In this document: positions 21,681-32,084 of the stretch, piece by piece
How positions within the stretch are numbered: the stretch's first letter is position 1
Layout: every line of letters starts with the position of its first letter
From: an uncultured Desulfarculus sp.
GTDB taxonomy: Bacteria; Desulfobacterota; Desulfarculia; Desulfarculales; Desulfarculaceae
Reading direction: 5' to 3'
DNA: 64,000 nt
Assembly: GCA_963665125.2 (NCBI GenBank)
Contig: CAXXUK010000002.1
Coordinates: 96,001 to 160,000, forward strand
Notes under the pieces: generated by a model
What the model saw: only the letters and a program-made list of their open reading frames with translations
Told to the model about the DNA's origin: nothing
Databases searched by the model: none
Translations under genes and position numbers: made by a program

Positions 21681-22481
21681 TCAACCTTTGTTGAATTCGG
21701 GCTTGCGCTTTTCAAAAAAGGCCCTGATGCCCTCGCTAAAGTCCGGCAGTAAACTCAGCCGCATGATGGATTGGCGCTCCTGTTCCATCAGCCCCTCGAG
21801 GTCGCCGTAAACCGCCTGGTTCAACAGATCCTTGGTGGCGGCCAAGGCCTGGGCCGGGCCGTTGGCCAGTTCATTGGCCAAAGCCATTGCCGTATCCAGG
21901 ACTTCCCCGGGCGGGGCCACCCGGTTGATCATGCCCCATTCCAGGGCCTGGGCGGCGCTGACGGCCTTGCCCAGCAGGAAAAATTCGCTGGCCCGTTTGT
22001 GGCCGATGAGCCTTGGCACGAAAGCAGACGCGGCGCCATCGGGCGAAACGGCTATGCGGATATACGCCGGATCAAACCGGGCCTTTTCCGAGGCCACCAC
22101 AAGATCGCAGCCCAGGGCCCAGGCCAGCCCGCCGCCCGCCACCGGGCCGTTGACAGCGGCGACCACGGGCAGGCGCAGACGCCGCAGGGTGATCACCGTC
22201 TTGGCCAAAATATAGGCCAGATCCGAAAAAAACTGCTCTATGTCGCCGTCATTGTTAATAAGATCGGCCATGAGGCGCACGTTGCCGCCCGCGGCATAGG
22301 CCCGGCCCGCGCCGGTGATCACCACCGCCCGGACACCCGGTTCACGCTGGGCAAGCTCAAGGGCGCGGGCCAGTTCCGGGCCGCTGTCAAAGTCCAGGGG
22401 GTTGAACATATCGGGCTGATTAAGGGTAAGCAGCCGCACCGGGCCACGGTCTTCGACGATAATGGTCTTGAACTGGTCCAT
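21681..22481 (-). CDS. enoyl-CoA hydratase/isomerase family protein
   Basis: VVITGAGRAYAAGG, PVVAAVNGPVAGGG, DFSEGIRAFFEKRKP. Confidence 0.92.
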   Translation of the reverse strand: MDQFKTIIVEDRGPVRLLTLNQPDMFNPLDFDSGPELARALELAQREPGVRAVVITGAGRAYAAGGNVRLMADLINNDGDIEQFFSDLAYILAKTVITLRRLRLPVVAAVNGPVAGGGLAWALGCDLVVASEKARFDPAYIRIAVSPDGAASAFVPRLIGHKRASEFFLLGKAVSAAQALEWGMINRVAPPGEVLDTAMALANELANGPAQALAATKDLLNQAVYGDLEGLMEQERQSIMRLSLLPDFSEGIRAFFEKRKPEFNKG

Positions 22482-22622
22482 AATGGTCTCCTGATTTGGG
22501 AGCGGGTTTTTCACAATACGCTGTTTTGCGGACTTGGGTCAAGCCTTGGCGCGTTGAGGCTAAATCTTGAACAAAATTGGCGTTTATGCTAGTTTTTCAC
22601 TTGAACAGCGCGGGAGAGAACA

Positions 22623-24344
22623 TTGCTGGGCTTACGTAATAAAAATGCGGAACAGGACAAGGCCGGCGGGGCGATCCGCCGCCTGAAGTTGACACCGCTG
22701 GAAGGCCTGCTGGGCGGTTTGATCCTGGTTGGCCTTTTGTATTTGTTTTCTGTGTGGGCCGGTTTTTTCAGCGGCAATTCTCAGTCCGGTCAGCAGCAGA
22801 TGGCCGCGCCCAAAAGCAAGGTCATCATGGCCATCGCCGCCAGTGAAAAGGCCCTTGCCCGCCTGGACGCCTTTGAGGCCGACCTGGACTCCATGCGCAA
22901 GGCCATGGACGATGCGGGCATATCCCAGCGTAAGGACCCCGGCGCCCTGCTGCCGGGTCTGTCGCCGGGCGCACCCCAACACAACGCGGTCTCCGATCCC
23001 AAGATCACCCGCAAGCTTATCGAGTTGGAAAACCGCGTCGACACCCTGGTCAACAATAATCCCGAATCCGACAAGGCCCTTGCCGACCGCCTTGGCCGCC
23101 TGGAGCGTCAGCTTCGGGACGCCGCCGCCCAGGACCAAAAGCGCATCGACACGGCCAACCAGATCCTGGCCAAGATGGACGACCGGATCAAGAACCTCAA
23201 CCGCATGACCCAGTCCAGCGACGATGCCGCTCTGGAGCGCTTCAAGGATCTGGAAAAAGAAATAGCTGCCCTGAAAAAGGCTGAGCCAAAGGCCACGGCC
23301 GGAGACGGCAAGCGGCTGGCCCAACTGGAAAACCGCCTGAATGCTCTGGACAAAGCCGTTGCCGGCAAGGACTTCAGCAAACAGCTGGCCGAATTGGACA
23401 AGCAGCTTAAAACCAGGGACAAGCTTGCCGCCGGAGATGCCGCTTCCCTTACCAAGCGCCTGGCCAATCTGGAAAAACAATTGGCTGGCATCGAAAAGAA
23501 GGCCCTGGCGGACAACGATAAAAAGCTCTCGGCCATTGAAAAGAACATTGCCTTTTTGGCCCAGGCCGAAAAAGACGATGTCAAGGACCTGCTGGGCCGT
23601 GTGGAGGCCATGCAAAAGCAGATCAGACAAAATCCGGCCAACGCCGACGCCAAGCTGGTGGTGCGGCTGAATAATATCGAGACCGAGTTGGCAAACCTGG
23701 CCAAGGTGGCGGCATCGGCAACGCCGGGCCCCAAACCCAATTCCGAACTGGTGCAGCGGGTGGAAAGCCTGGAAACCGAAGTCGGCTGGCTCAAGGAGGA
23801 CACCGGCGAAAAAGATCGCAACAGCGAGGCCAAGGCCGAGATGGAAAAACGCATCTCGCGCATTGAGGCCAACGTTGCCCGGCTGATCCGCTCCCTGACC
23901 AGGGTTCAGGCCCCCGTGCCCGATGCCGAAACCATAAACCGCCTGACCAAGCTGGAGCGCCAGGTGACCACCTCCAGCGCCGGAGGACTGGTCCAGCGCC
24001 AACAAGACCTGGAACGGCGCATGGATTCGCTGGCCAATCTCCTGGCCAACAATCTCAACTCGCCGGAAAACACGGCTCTGTACCAGCGCCTCAACGCCCT
24101 GGAAAACCGGCTCGACTCCGTTACCGGCCAACGGGGCCCAACGGTCGCCGCGGCCCGGGCGACCACCGCGCCACCGCCAGCCAAGCGTCTCATCTACCGG
24201 GTCAAGGCCGGCGACACGCTCTACCGTATAGCCCGGCAGTATTCGGTGACGGTCGAGGATATTCAGCGCTGGAACCCGCAGATAGGCGCAGGCAACAAGA
24301 TTGCCGTGGGCCAGGAACTGGTCATTGTCGGCGGCACCTCCTGA
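22623..24344 (+). CDS. membrane-anchored coiled-coil protein with C-terminal LysM
   Basis: One TM helix, heptad repeats (RL..LE), YRVKAGDTLYRIARQYSVTVEDIQRWN. Confidence 0.85.
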   Translation: MLGLRNKNAEQDKAGGAIRRLKLTPLEGLLGGLILVGLLYLFSVWAGFFSGNSQSGQQQMAAPKSKVIMAIAASEKALARLDAFEADLDSMRKAMDDAGISQRKDPGALLPGLSPGAPQHNAVSDPKITRKLIELENRVDTLVNNNPESDKALADRLGRLERQLRDAAAQDQKRIDTANQILAKMDDRIKNLNRMTQSSDDAALERFKDLEKEIAALKKAEPKATAGDGKRLAQLENRLNALDKAVAGKDFSKQLAELDKQLKTRDKLAAGDAASLTKRLANLEKQLAGIEKKALADNDKKLSAIEKNIAFLAQAEKDDVKDLLGRVEAMQKQIRQNPANADAKLVVRLNNIETELANLAKVAASATPGPKPNSELVQRVESLETEVGWLKEDTGEKDRNSEAKAEMEKRISRIEANVARLIRSLTRVQAPVPDAETINRLTKLERQVTTSSAGGLVQRQQDLERRMDSLANLLANNLNSPENTALYQRLNALENRLDSVTGQRGPTVAAARATTAPPPAKRLIYRVKAGDTLYRIARQYSVTVEDIQRWNPQIGAGNKIAVGQELVIVGGTS

Positions 24345-25788
24345 CCCGGAGCTCGTGGCGTGTTTGCGGGCCTTGGCCCGTGACCCGCTGCTTCGGGGCA
24401 TCCATCAAACAGCCAATCAAAGGGGCCAATGCATCTGGCTCTGCGGCGGGACTCTCCGCGACGCCCTGCTGGGCCGCAAATGGCAGGACCTTGACCTGGC
24501 CGCCGACGGTTCGGCCATGGAGTTGGGCCGGGCCTTTGCCCACAGCGCGGGCGGCCGGCACATCGCCCTGGACCAGGAACACGACACCTGCCGCATAGTC
24601 ATTCAAGGACGGGTAGTCGATGTGGCCGGTCTGCGCGGGCCGGATATCATCAGCGACCTGAAAGCCAGGGATTTCACCGTAAACGCCATTGCCGTTGACT
24701 TAAAGCAATTACTTGATGGCCATCCTGACCTGCTGGACCCGACCGGCGGCAGGGAGGATCTTGCCCTAGGCCTGCTGCGTCCGGCCGGGCCGGGCGTGCT
24801 GCGCCAGGACCCGCTAAGGGTGCTGCGGGCCGTACGCTTTGCCGCCACTCACGGACTCAGGCCCGCCGACGGGGTGCCGGAGCGCCTCCAGAGGGCCGCG
24901 CCGGGCCTTGCCGGGATAGCCGCGGAGCGCATTGCCCACGAATGGCTGGCCATGATGGCCGGGGCCGAGCCCGACAAAGGTGCTCTACTAATGGACCAAT
25001 GCGGGGCCTTGGGCCTGCTTGTGCCCGAACTGGAAGCGGGCCGGGGTATGGACCAAAACCCGTATCATCACCTGGATGTGCTTGAACACTGCCTGGCCTG
25101 TCTGGAGGCCGCAGTTAAGATCCGGCAAATACCGGATGAGTTGTTCGGCCCACTGGGCCGGGAGATAGCCGACTGGCTGGAACCTGAACGGCAACGGGCC
25201 TGTTTCATGACCGCTGCCCTGCTCCACGACATCGGCAAGCCACCCACCATGCAGGAGCGTGAGCCGGGCTGGGCCAGCTTTCACCGGCATGACGTACAAG
25301 GCGGTCAAATGGCCGGCCTTCGTTGCCGCGAACTGGGCCTGTCCAAGGCCGACAGCGGACATGTCTCGGCATTGGTCTGTGGGCATATGCGACCGTTTCA
25401 CCTGCTGGGCGCCCAGTCCCGGGGGCAGTTGACCTTGCGCGGCGTGCGCAGGCTGGTCCAGGCCACGGGAGATGACCTGCCGGGCCTGTTTGCCCTGGCC
25501 ATGGCCGATACCGTGGCCGGCTGCGGCCCCATGCGCCCGGAGGATGCCGAGGAGCGTTTGGCAAAGCTGTATAAACAGGTGGCCCGCATGCGCGACGAAG
25601 CCATCAGCACCGCCCTGGCCGCGCCGCCGCTGATAAACGGCAGCCAACTGATGGCTGCCCTGGGCCTCGAGCCCGGACCGGAGGTCGGCAGGCTCCTCGG
25701 CCTGATCCGGGAGGCCCAGCTGGACGGCAAAATCGGCAGCGCCTACGATGCCTTGGCTTTGGCCCGCCGGATCCTATGCGCAGGTTGA
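24301..25788 (+). CDS. tRNA nucleotidyltransferase/poly(A) polymerase family protein with HD domain (start uncertain)
   Basis: GGTLRD.LLG, DLDLA, RDFTVNA, DPLRVLRAVRF, LLHDIGK. Confidence 0.9.
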   Translation: MPWARNWSLSAAPPDPELVACLRALARDPLLRGIHQTANQRGQCIWLCGGTLRDALLGRKWQDLDLAADGSAMELGRAFAHSAGGRHIALDQEHDTCRIVIQGRVVDVAGLRGPDIISDLKARDFTVNAIAVDLKQLLDGHPDLLDPTGGREDLALGLLRPAGPGVLRQDPLRVLRAVRFAATHGLRPADGVPERLQRAAPGLAGIAAERIAHEWLAMMAGAEPDKGALLMDQCGALGLLVPELEAGRGMDQNPYHHLDVLEHCLACLEAAVKIRQIPDELFGPLGREIADWLEPERQRACFMTAALLHDIGKPPTMQEREPGWASFHRHDVQGGQMAGLRCRELGLSKADSGHVSALVCGHMRPFHLLGAQSRGQLTLRGVRRLVQATGDDLPGLFALAMADTVAGCGPMRPEDAEERLAKLYKQVARMRDEAISTALAAPPLINGSQLMAALGLEPGPEVGRLLGLIREAQLDGKIGSAYDALALARRILCAG

Positions 25789-25813
25789 CGTAACTGCGCA
25801 CTCCTGCTAGATT
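25785..25813 (+). promoter_or_regulatory. selC promoter
   Basis: TTGACG-N17-TAGATT with TG extended -10, 7 bp before the tRNA. Confidence 0.7.
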
Positions 25814-25820
25814 TTGCCGT

Positions 25821-25918
25821 GGAAGTGGAAAGGTCACTGGTGGGCCTCCCGGACTTCAAATCCGGTGTACCGTCTGAGTAAGGCGGTAGGTGGGTTCGAT
25901 TCCCATGCACTTCCGCCA
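25821..25918 (+). tRNA. selC: tRNA-Sec (anticodon TCA), copy 1 / attL of island 1
   Basis: GGAAGTG...CACTTCCGCCA acceptor, CTTCAAA anticodon loop, long variable arm, GGTTCGATTCC T loop. Confidence 0.95.
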
Positions 25919-25994
25919 TAATGATTTCAATGGTTTACGGCCTGATTGGTCGTGAGCCTTTTTTGTTTTGGGCAGGTTGCTGGATTTGGCCTCG

Positions 25995-26019
25995 TTCTGT
26001 ACCCCACATGTACCCCACA
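25995..26019 (+). repeat. putative integrase arm-type site, left (TGTACCCCACA x2)
   Basis: 25 bp identical to 35295-35319. Confidence 0.75.
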
Positions 26020-26954
26020 CTTGTTAAACGTGGATGCCTACACAATTCGATCTACGCCCTGCCCTAACCCCCGTTTTGATTTCATAGGCGAACGAACACA
26101 AGCCGCCCTAGCCCTTACATATCCTGAGCCGAGATCGTTGATCCTGATCCAAAACTAGCCTGTCAGCAAAACACCCGATCATAACGTTGCACCGACTTCA
26201 GGTTCGATGCAGTGGACGGCAACCTATCTCTAAAACCCAACAGATGACAAATCACGCCTAGACTGGGCGATTAAATTCTAATAACAGACAGTTATCCCTT
26301 TATATCCCGATGATCTCAGGGGACTGCTAATCCCCAATAACCCGGCATTACACTTCAGATGACATGGCCGAATAGACATGTTGATTCAACATGATACGAG
26401 CTCTCGGATAAGGCGGCCATCATTCCGAGGCAAGCTTGAGTGGCACAAAATGCATCAGTAAGCGCATCAATATGTTGCACTAAATGAATCAAGCAAAACG
26501 GTGATGATCCAAATCCAACCAGCAAATACCCGGCGTACCCAGGTTCCCATGAGCGTTTAAAGGAGGTGGATTGCTTTGAACCTGATTAGAGAACCGGGAC
26601 CCACGAGGCATCCAAAAGCGGTCAGATAACCATTAACCAATCAAGACGGCATTACGGCGAACAAGTAATCGCCATATTGCACACAAGAAAACATCAACGG
26701 TTGACTGAGGACAACACATTGAAATTGCGCCAGTATTTAATAGGTTGCTGTAAATGAAAAAGGAAACCCAAAATCACCCTAAACAGATAGGCAATCAAAG
26801 GAGGTGATCGAATGTGGTGATAACCGGAAAGCAAGATACCTGCAAGCCAATAAACCAGTAACAAGTAACAAATAGTTTAACTAATTGTAAGGATTGATCA
26901 TGAATATTCAATCAAAGCAGATAGATATGTTGACGACTATGATAATGGAGAACG

Positions 26955-28823
26955 ATGACAACAGAGATGGACAAACAAGAATTGATAGTAGATGAACCAA
27001 CTGAAATTATAGATGCCCCAGAACCCGATGACCACGAGCCGGATCAAGACAAAGGGGAACGAAGTAGTTCACCCTATGTATCCCTTGATGACGGCTTGTA
27101 CAAAGTCGAAGGATCGAGTCAAACCAAGGTTTGCTCACCACTTAAGATCACAGCGCGCACCAGAAACAACGATGGTACCAAGTGGGGAGCCATAATTGAG
27201 CTTCAAGATTTAGACAATAATTGGAAGGAGCTCATAATTCCAAATAGCAAGATTACCGGTACCGGTGCCGAACTTGTAGCATTGTTGGTTGATAGAGGTC
27301 TAAGGCTGGCAAACCAAAAACCGAAAACCAAACAAGACCTACTTGACTACCTGGCACTTGAGGATATTGACGTACGCGCTCTTTGTGTTGACCGTCCCGG
27401 TTGGCACGACAATGTGTTCGTGACGCCCTATGACGTATTCAATGGAACCGGCAAGAAGTTGATTGAGCGGGTTGTCCTACAAGGGGCCGAGTTCCAGAGC
27501 AACATAGCCAAAACAGGCACACTAAAAGACTGGAACGCCGAAGTAGGTAAATACCTATCTGGCAACAGTCGCCTATTGTTGGCTGTCGGAGCATCCCTAG
27601 CCGCGCCTCTGTTGCACCTACTGGACATACCAGAAAGCGGTGGCTTCCATTTCCATGGAGGGTCATCCATAGGCAAGACCACGGCATTAATTGTCGGTGG
27701 TAGCGTATGGGGTGGTGGGCCAAATGGCTATATCCATTCCTGGCATGCAACACAAAACGGAATTGAAGCAATTGCTGAAGCCTACTGTGATGCAACACTA
27801 TGCTTGGATGAAATCAGCCAGGGAAATGCCAAGGATGTTGGCCAAACGGCTTATATGCTGGCTAATGGCCAAGGGAAGACACGATCCAACAAATCAATTA
27901 CTGTTGATCCTGTCAAACACTGGCGCTTGATCTTCCTCAGTACTGGCGAGGACACATTGTCTGACAAAATCGCTGAGGCTGGTGAAAGAGTGCGTGCAGG
28001 CCAGATGGCTAGACTCGCAGATGTACCTGCTGATGTGGGTACAGGGTATGGAATATTCGACACCTTGCATGATTTCAGAGGTCCAGGGCAACTAGCAGAC
28101 CACTTAAAGGAAGCCGCCCGTAATCACCATGGCACCTTGGCCGCAGCATATTTAGCAAAGCTGACGGAGGATATGTCCTCAGACAAGGCATCATTGATGA
28201 CCTTGCTGGAAGATGAGATGGATTCGTTCATCGAATTGTTGGAGATATCAGAATCAGATGGCCAAGTAAAACGAGTAGCGAAACGTTTCGCTCTTGCAGC
28301 CGCAGCCGGTGAACTGGCCATCAGATATGGTCTGCTGGACCAAGAAGAAGGTGAGTTCCTGCTAGGCGTTGCCACCTGCTTTGAAGCTTGGCTGGAGCAT
28401 CGTGGAACAAGCGGTGCCATCGAGGACGATCAGATACTAAGCCATATCCGCCACTTTATAGAGCGATACCAAAATAGTCGTTTTGAGTCATCGCTGGTGC
28501 CAGACCCATCAATAAAAGATTTGGCTGGCTATATTAAGCCATTTGATCGTGGTCCTAACGAAAACCAAACAGTGTTTGCGTTTTTACCGGATGTCTTTAA
28601 AGCAGAAGTGTGTAAGGGGTTTTCTTATAAGAGATGCGTTGAAACCTTAAAGAAGAACGACCTAATAGTACTAGATGGTGATGGCCGAGCAGATAAAAGA
28701 GTTAGAATTTATGGCACACCAATTCGGTGTATATGCATACTGGACAAAATTTTATACGAAGACACCAGTAATGCGGATGCGGAGGAAGGTATTTCCTCGA
28801 TTAGTGCCATATCCGACTTCTGA
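26955..28823 (+). CDS. DUF927 domain AAA+ helicase-like replication protein (Cch-like)
   Basis: PGWH, GTLKDW, ESGGFHFHGGSSIGKTT (Walker A), LCLDE (Walker B), YMLANGQGK.R, LSTGE, RVAKRFAL. Confidence 0.88.
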   Translation: MTTEMDKQELIVDEPTEIIDAPEPDDHEPDQDKGERSSSPYVSLDDGLYKVEGSSQTKVCSPLKITARTRNNDGTKWGAIIELQDLDNNWKELIIPNSKITGTGAELVALLVDRGLRLANQKPKTKQDLLDYLALEDIDVRALCVDRPGWHDNVFVTPYDVFNGTGKKLIERVVLQGAEFQSNIAKTGTLKDWNAEVGKYLSGNSRLLLAVGASLAAPLLHLLDIPESGGFHFHGGSSIGKTTALIVGGSVWGGGPNGYIHSWHATQNGIEAIAEAYCDATLCLDEISQGNAKDVGQTAYMLANGQGKTRSNKSITVDPVKHWRLIFLSTGEDTLSDKIAEAGERVRAGQMARLADVPADVGTGYGIFDTLHDFRGPGQLADHLKEAARNHHGTLAAAYLAKLTEDMSSDKASLMTLLEDEMDSFIELLEISESDGQVKRVAKRFALAAAAGELAIRYGLLDQEEGEFLLGVATCFEAWLEHRGTSGAIEDDQILSHIRHFIERYQNSRFESSLVPDPSIKDLAGYIKPFDRGPNENQTVFAFLPDVFKAEVCKGFSYKRCVETLKKNDLIVLDGDGRADKRVRIYGTPIRCICILDKILYEDTSNADAEEGISSISAISDF

Positions 28824-28849
28824 TTTAGCCTAGCTATCAAATAAAACAC

Positions 28850-28967
28850 CACGGTTCCATAGTTCTCAATCATTACCCAAGAAACCAATGACGATAAACA
28901 CCGGGCTGAAGCCTTGGATGGGATATCTCTGTCTTGGTCTTGGGTATACGGGAACTATGGAACCGTG
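28850..28967. repeat. long imperfect inverted repeat downstream of the DUF927 gene
   Basis: cacggttccatagttctc / gggaactatggaaccgtg (17 of 18) plus inner tacccaaga / tcttgggta. Confidence 0.7.
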
Positions 28968-28994
28968 TATTGGGTATGTATCTGTTTTATAATA

Positions 28995-31900
28995 TTATTC
29001 TAATGATTTTTTTACTGTTTCTTCAATGACAACGGGGTCTTCAATTTTCATTTTTAGCAAATCACATATCTTTTGCCGTATGGAAACAGGAACGTCAAAG
29101 AAGTATATTTTATCAACTAGTAACCATTTTAACACATTGTCAGTCATAGGATTTTTATGAACCATTTTGTGTAATTCTTGTAAATCCTTAATAGGAACTT
29201 GAGGCGAATATTTTAATTTTATACCTAGATCAATTAGCATATATGGGATGTCATTATGTGCTTCTTTAATCTTCTTATAGGTTGGATAAAAGTACTCAGA
29301 TCCTATCTCTCGGCATAAGCATTTAATATGATTAACGCATAGCATCGTAAGGAAAAAATGAGTAGCAGTGTCGTAAATTATGTCAAACTCATTTTGAGTT
29401 ATTTCTTTATCGGGAAGCCCGATTAACGTACCAACGATATCTTGTATTTGTTTATATTGATGTTTAAAAGATAGAAGAATGTAGTTTAAGGATCGCAACA
29501 TTAGTTTGTAGCATTTATCAATTAATGAAGTTTTCATTTCGCTGTATAAAGATCCTGGAAAATTCCTAAGAACTTGACCTACCAAATGTATGGTTGAACT
29601 GGCCAGATTAGAATCATATTGTTGACCTCTTGGAAGGCATCTATTTTCATCATCGAATGGTTTTAATAGCTTGCCATTACGATCAGGGCTATCATCAAGC
29701 TGTCTATAGTGATTTTTTGTGCGTTCTTTGGCACAATTGCCATTAAGAACAACTTTAGTGATTCGAGGTTCATGCCTATTTAAAAAGCTAACATCCGCAT
29801 CGAAATCACAGATAGGTATGTCGTAAAACAATTGATCCATATAATCTTTGATGATCTCTAATGCATTGTGGTCTTTAGTAAGATAGAAATAAAACATTAA
29901 CATGTTATTATGGTCTTCATCGCTGATGTGATCCATAAAGCTTATAAGCATATTGTCAATTTGTTCTCTATACGCCGGATGATCATTGTTTGTGTTCATC
30001 CAGCTTGCCACAAAGTAATAAAAAATATAAGGATATCTTATGGTGATAAAATCATCAATTGTTACGAGAAAATCATTTTGATAAAGATCATTTTTAAGCA
30101 AAGCATATTCAGTATCAATATCATATTTATTTGAAAATATGGTGTAAATCGCTTTTAAATCGGTTTCAGCGAGTTGAAATGTTTTATTTGTGTACATGTA
30201 AATCGCAATTTCTTCTAGAAATGAATTTTTAAAATCGGGAGATATTTCATATTTTGATTTCAATAATGCTTCATTAATTAGTAATTGATAAAAATATCCA
30301 AATGAGCCATATTGTCTATCTATATTATGTTTAATCTCGATGGTTTGGATTATGGTAATGATATAGAATGGATGACTTGGTACAATGCCATTCCCTGTTA
30401 TTGAATTAAGGTCATTCATCATGAAGTGAGCTTGGTTATTTAAATCGACATCAGATAATGTTTCACTTTGTCCTAACTTTAACCAGTTCTCAATCATTTC
30501 ATGTTTTTGAAGATTGCCCATCTCACAAATTTCACAAATGATATAGTCCTTTAAGCTAAAATTTTGAAAGTTTTTTACATTGACAGGAAGGGCCTCGGTT
30601 ATTTGCCTAGTTAAAATAATGATGATTGAGAATATATCCTCAAGCTTTTTTAGTGCGTTATAGCGTGCATCTGAATTCAACTTACTAAGATGATAATCGT
30701 CGATGATGAGTACTCTAGAATTTGTTGCAAGCTGTAAATATAAATCTGTTTGGCCTGGGCCATATTGATGCTCAACAGATGACTTAATAATGTTTATAAT
30801 TGATTTATCTTTAGTTGATTTAAGTTGTATGCCCTCGATGACAATTGGGTATTTCTTAGCATAAAACATTTGTAAGAATAATTTTTTTATTAATGTTGAT
30901 TTGCCTGATTTGGAAGATCCAAGTATGGCTATTTTGTGCTTCTGGCAGGCAAAATCAAAAATATACCCACCTTTAATGATGTTAATTTTAAATCTATTGT
31001 TTGCCAGATCATTTGAACGAGAAATTTTAAAATTTGGATACATAAAAATGTCGTCTAGACTTAGGTTGTCCTTACGTTTATGGCAGAAGATCGCCCCAGT
31101 GTCCTTTAAATAATTATTAAAGCTTTCGCTTAAAGATAATGTTTTATGATTAATAATTGCGGAGTTAATAAAATATGGCTCTGCTGTTGGTGCGGATTTG
31201 TAAATTCCGTCATGCCATTTAATACTGATCGGACTTATCATGTTTGATTCGAAATTATATTCAAAAACATTAAACTCAGAGAAATCATTGCTAGGTTGGG
31301 AAAACAATGACCCTTGATAATAGTTGGTAATATTGTTCGTAGTGTGATTATGTATTTCATTGTCAATAAACTCATGCTCATGACCAGAAAGAATAATATC
31401 AGAGTTGTCTTCAAAGGCTCTGATCAATTCGTTTTTAGTATCTGGATTAAGCCAAGAATAAGGGTGATGAAATGCGCTGATAGTAAGGCTGGAATCAGTC
31501 TCTTTGTCGGCAATAAAAGTCTTTGGGAAGTCAATAGACCCTTGTTTTTCGTGTTTTTGGGAGCACCAGGATGAATTATAACAATTAATAAATAATGTAA
31601 ATTTGTCAATTGATATTTTAAATTGTTTCAGCAGCCCGTTATTGATTGTACAAATGCTATGGTCAACAAATTTATTTGAAAAATGGTCATAATTTGACTG
31701 GTGTGAGAGTAGCGCTTTTAACGTTACATCGTCATTGAGCAGATCTAGGTTTTTTAAACAATTTGGCAATAATGTATTTCTCATATTTGTGGATTTGTTT
31801 TCAAAATCGCAATCGTGATTACCTGGTACAAAAAACAAAAACAAATGTGTATTTGGGAATTTATCAATGAAGCATTTTTTAATGGTTTCAAAAAATATAC

Positions 31901-32084
31901 TTGCAGTTTCATATTGATGAACGCTACCTGTAGATGCAATGTCACCAGTAACAATAAAAAAGCAAAACTGTTTATTAAATAATGACTCAGTCAAGGAAGA
32001 CACTAGTTGTTCTGGCTTGCTGAAAATAGGGTCTGCTGTGTCTTTGAAATGGATATCACTTATGTGCACAAACAATGCTTGCAC
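28995..32084 (-). CDS. calcineurin-like metallophosphoesterase fused to a STAND-type P-loop NTPase (putative defence protein)
   Basis: SDIH, TGD, PGNHD, HHP, SGHEH; DIFMYP, GSSKSGKST, LIIDDYH; long helical C-terminus. Confidence 0.85.
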   Translation of the reverse strand: MQALFVHISDIHFKDTADPIFSKPEQLVSSLTESLFNKQFCFFIVTGDIASTGSVHQYETASIFFETIKKCFIDKFPNTHLFLFFVPGNHDCDFENKSTNMRNTLLPNCLKNLDLLNDDVTLKALLSHQSNYDHFSNKFVDHSICTINNGLLKQFKISIDKFTLFINCYNSSWCSQKHEKQGSIDFPKTFIADKETDSSLTISAFHHPYSWLNPDTKNELIRAFEDNSDIILSGHEHEFIDNEIHNHTTNNITNYYQGSLFSQPSNDFSEFNVFEYNFESNMISPISIKWHDGIYKSAPTAEPYFINSAIINHKTLSLSESFNNYLKDTGAIFCHKRKDNLSLDDIFMYPNFKISRSNDLANNRFKINIIKGGYIFDFACQKHKIAILGSSKSGKSTLIKKLFLQMFYAKKYPIVIEGIQLKSTKDKSIINIIKSSVEHQYGPGQTDLYLQLATNSRVLIIDDYHLSKLNSDARYNALKKLEDIFSIIIILTRQITEALPVNVKNFQNFSLKDYIICEICEMGNLQKHEMIENWLKLGQSETLSDVDLNNQAHFMMNDLNSITGNGIVPSHPFYIITIIQTIEIKHNIDRQYGSFGYFYQLLINEALLKSKYEISPDFKNSFLEEIAIYMYTNKTFQLAETDLKAIYTIFSNKYDIDTEYALLKNDLYQNDFLVTIDDFITIRYPYIFYYFVASWMNTNNDHPAYREQIDNMLISFMDHISDEDHNNMLMFYFYLTKDHNALEIIKDYMDQLFYDIPICDFDADVSFLNRHEPRITKVVLNGNCAKERTKNHYRQLDDSPDRNGKLLKPFDDENRCLPRGQQYDSNLASSTIHLVGQVLRNFPGSLYSEMKTSLIDKCYKLMLRSLNYILLSFKHQYKQIQDIVGTLIGLPDKEITQNEFDIIYDTATHFFLTMLCVNHIKCLCREIGSEYFYPTYKKIKEAHNDIPYMLIDLGIKLKYSPQVPIKDLQELHKMVHKNPMTDNVLKWLLVDKIYFFDVPVSIRQKICDLLKMKIEDPVVIEETVKKSLE

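Noticed and set aside
22632..24401. 589-aa minus-strand ORF, and similar long antisense ORFs such as 4953-6053, 53774-54970, 57401-58486 and 60243-61454
   Set aside because: Shadow frames of well-supported genes in high-GC DNA, with no motifs
25995..26019. Repeats as a CRISPR array
   Set aside because: Two copies 9.3 kb apart, no spacers, no cas genes; no CRISPR array seen in the window
26812..26823. Selenocysteine recoding of the TGA in ATG-TGG-TGA
   Set aside because: Immediately followed by TAA and no SECIS-like hairpin seen
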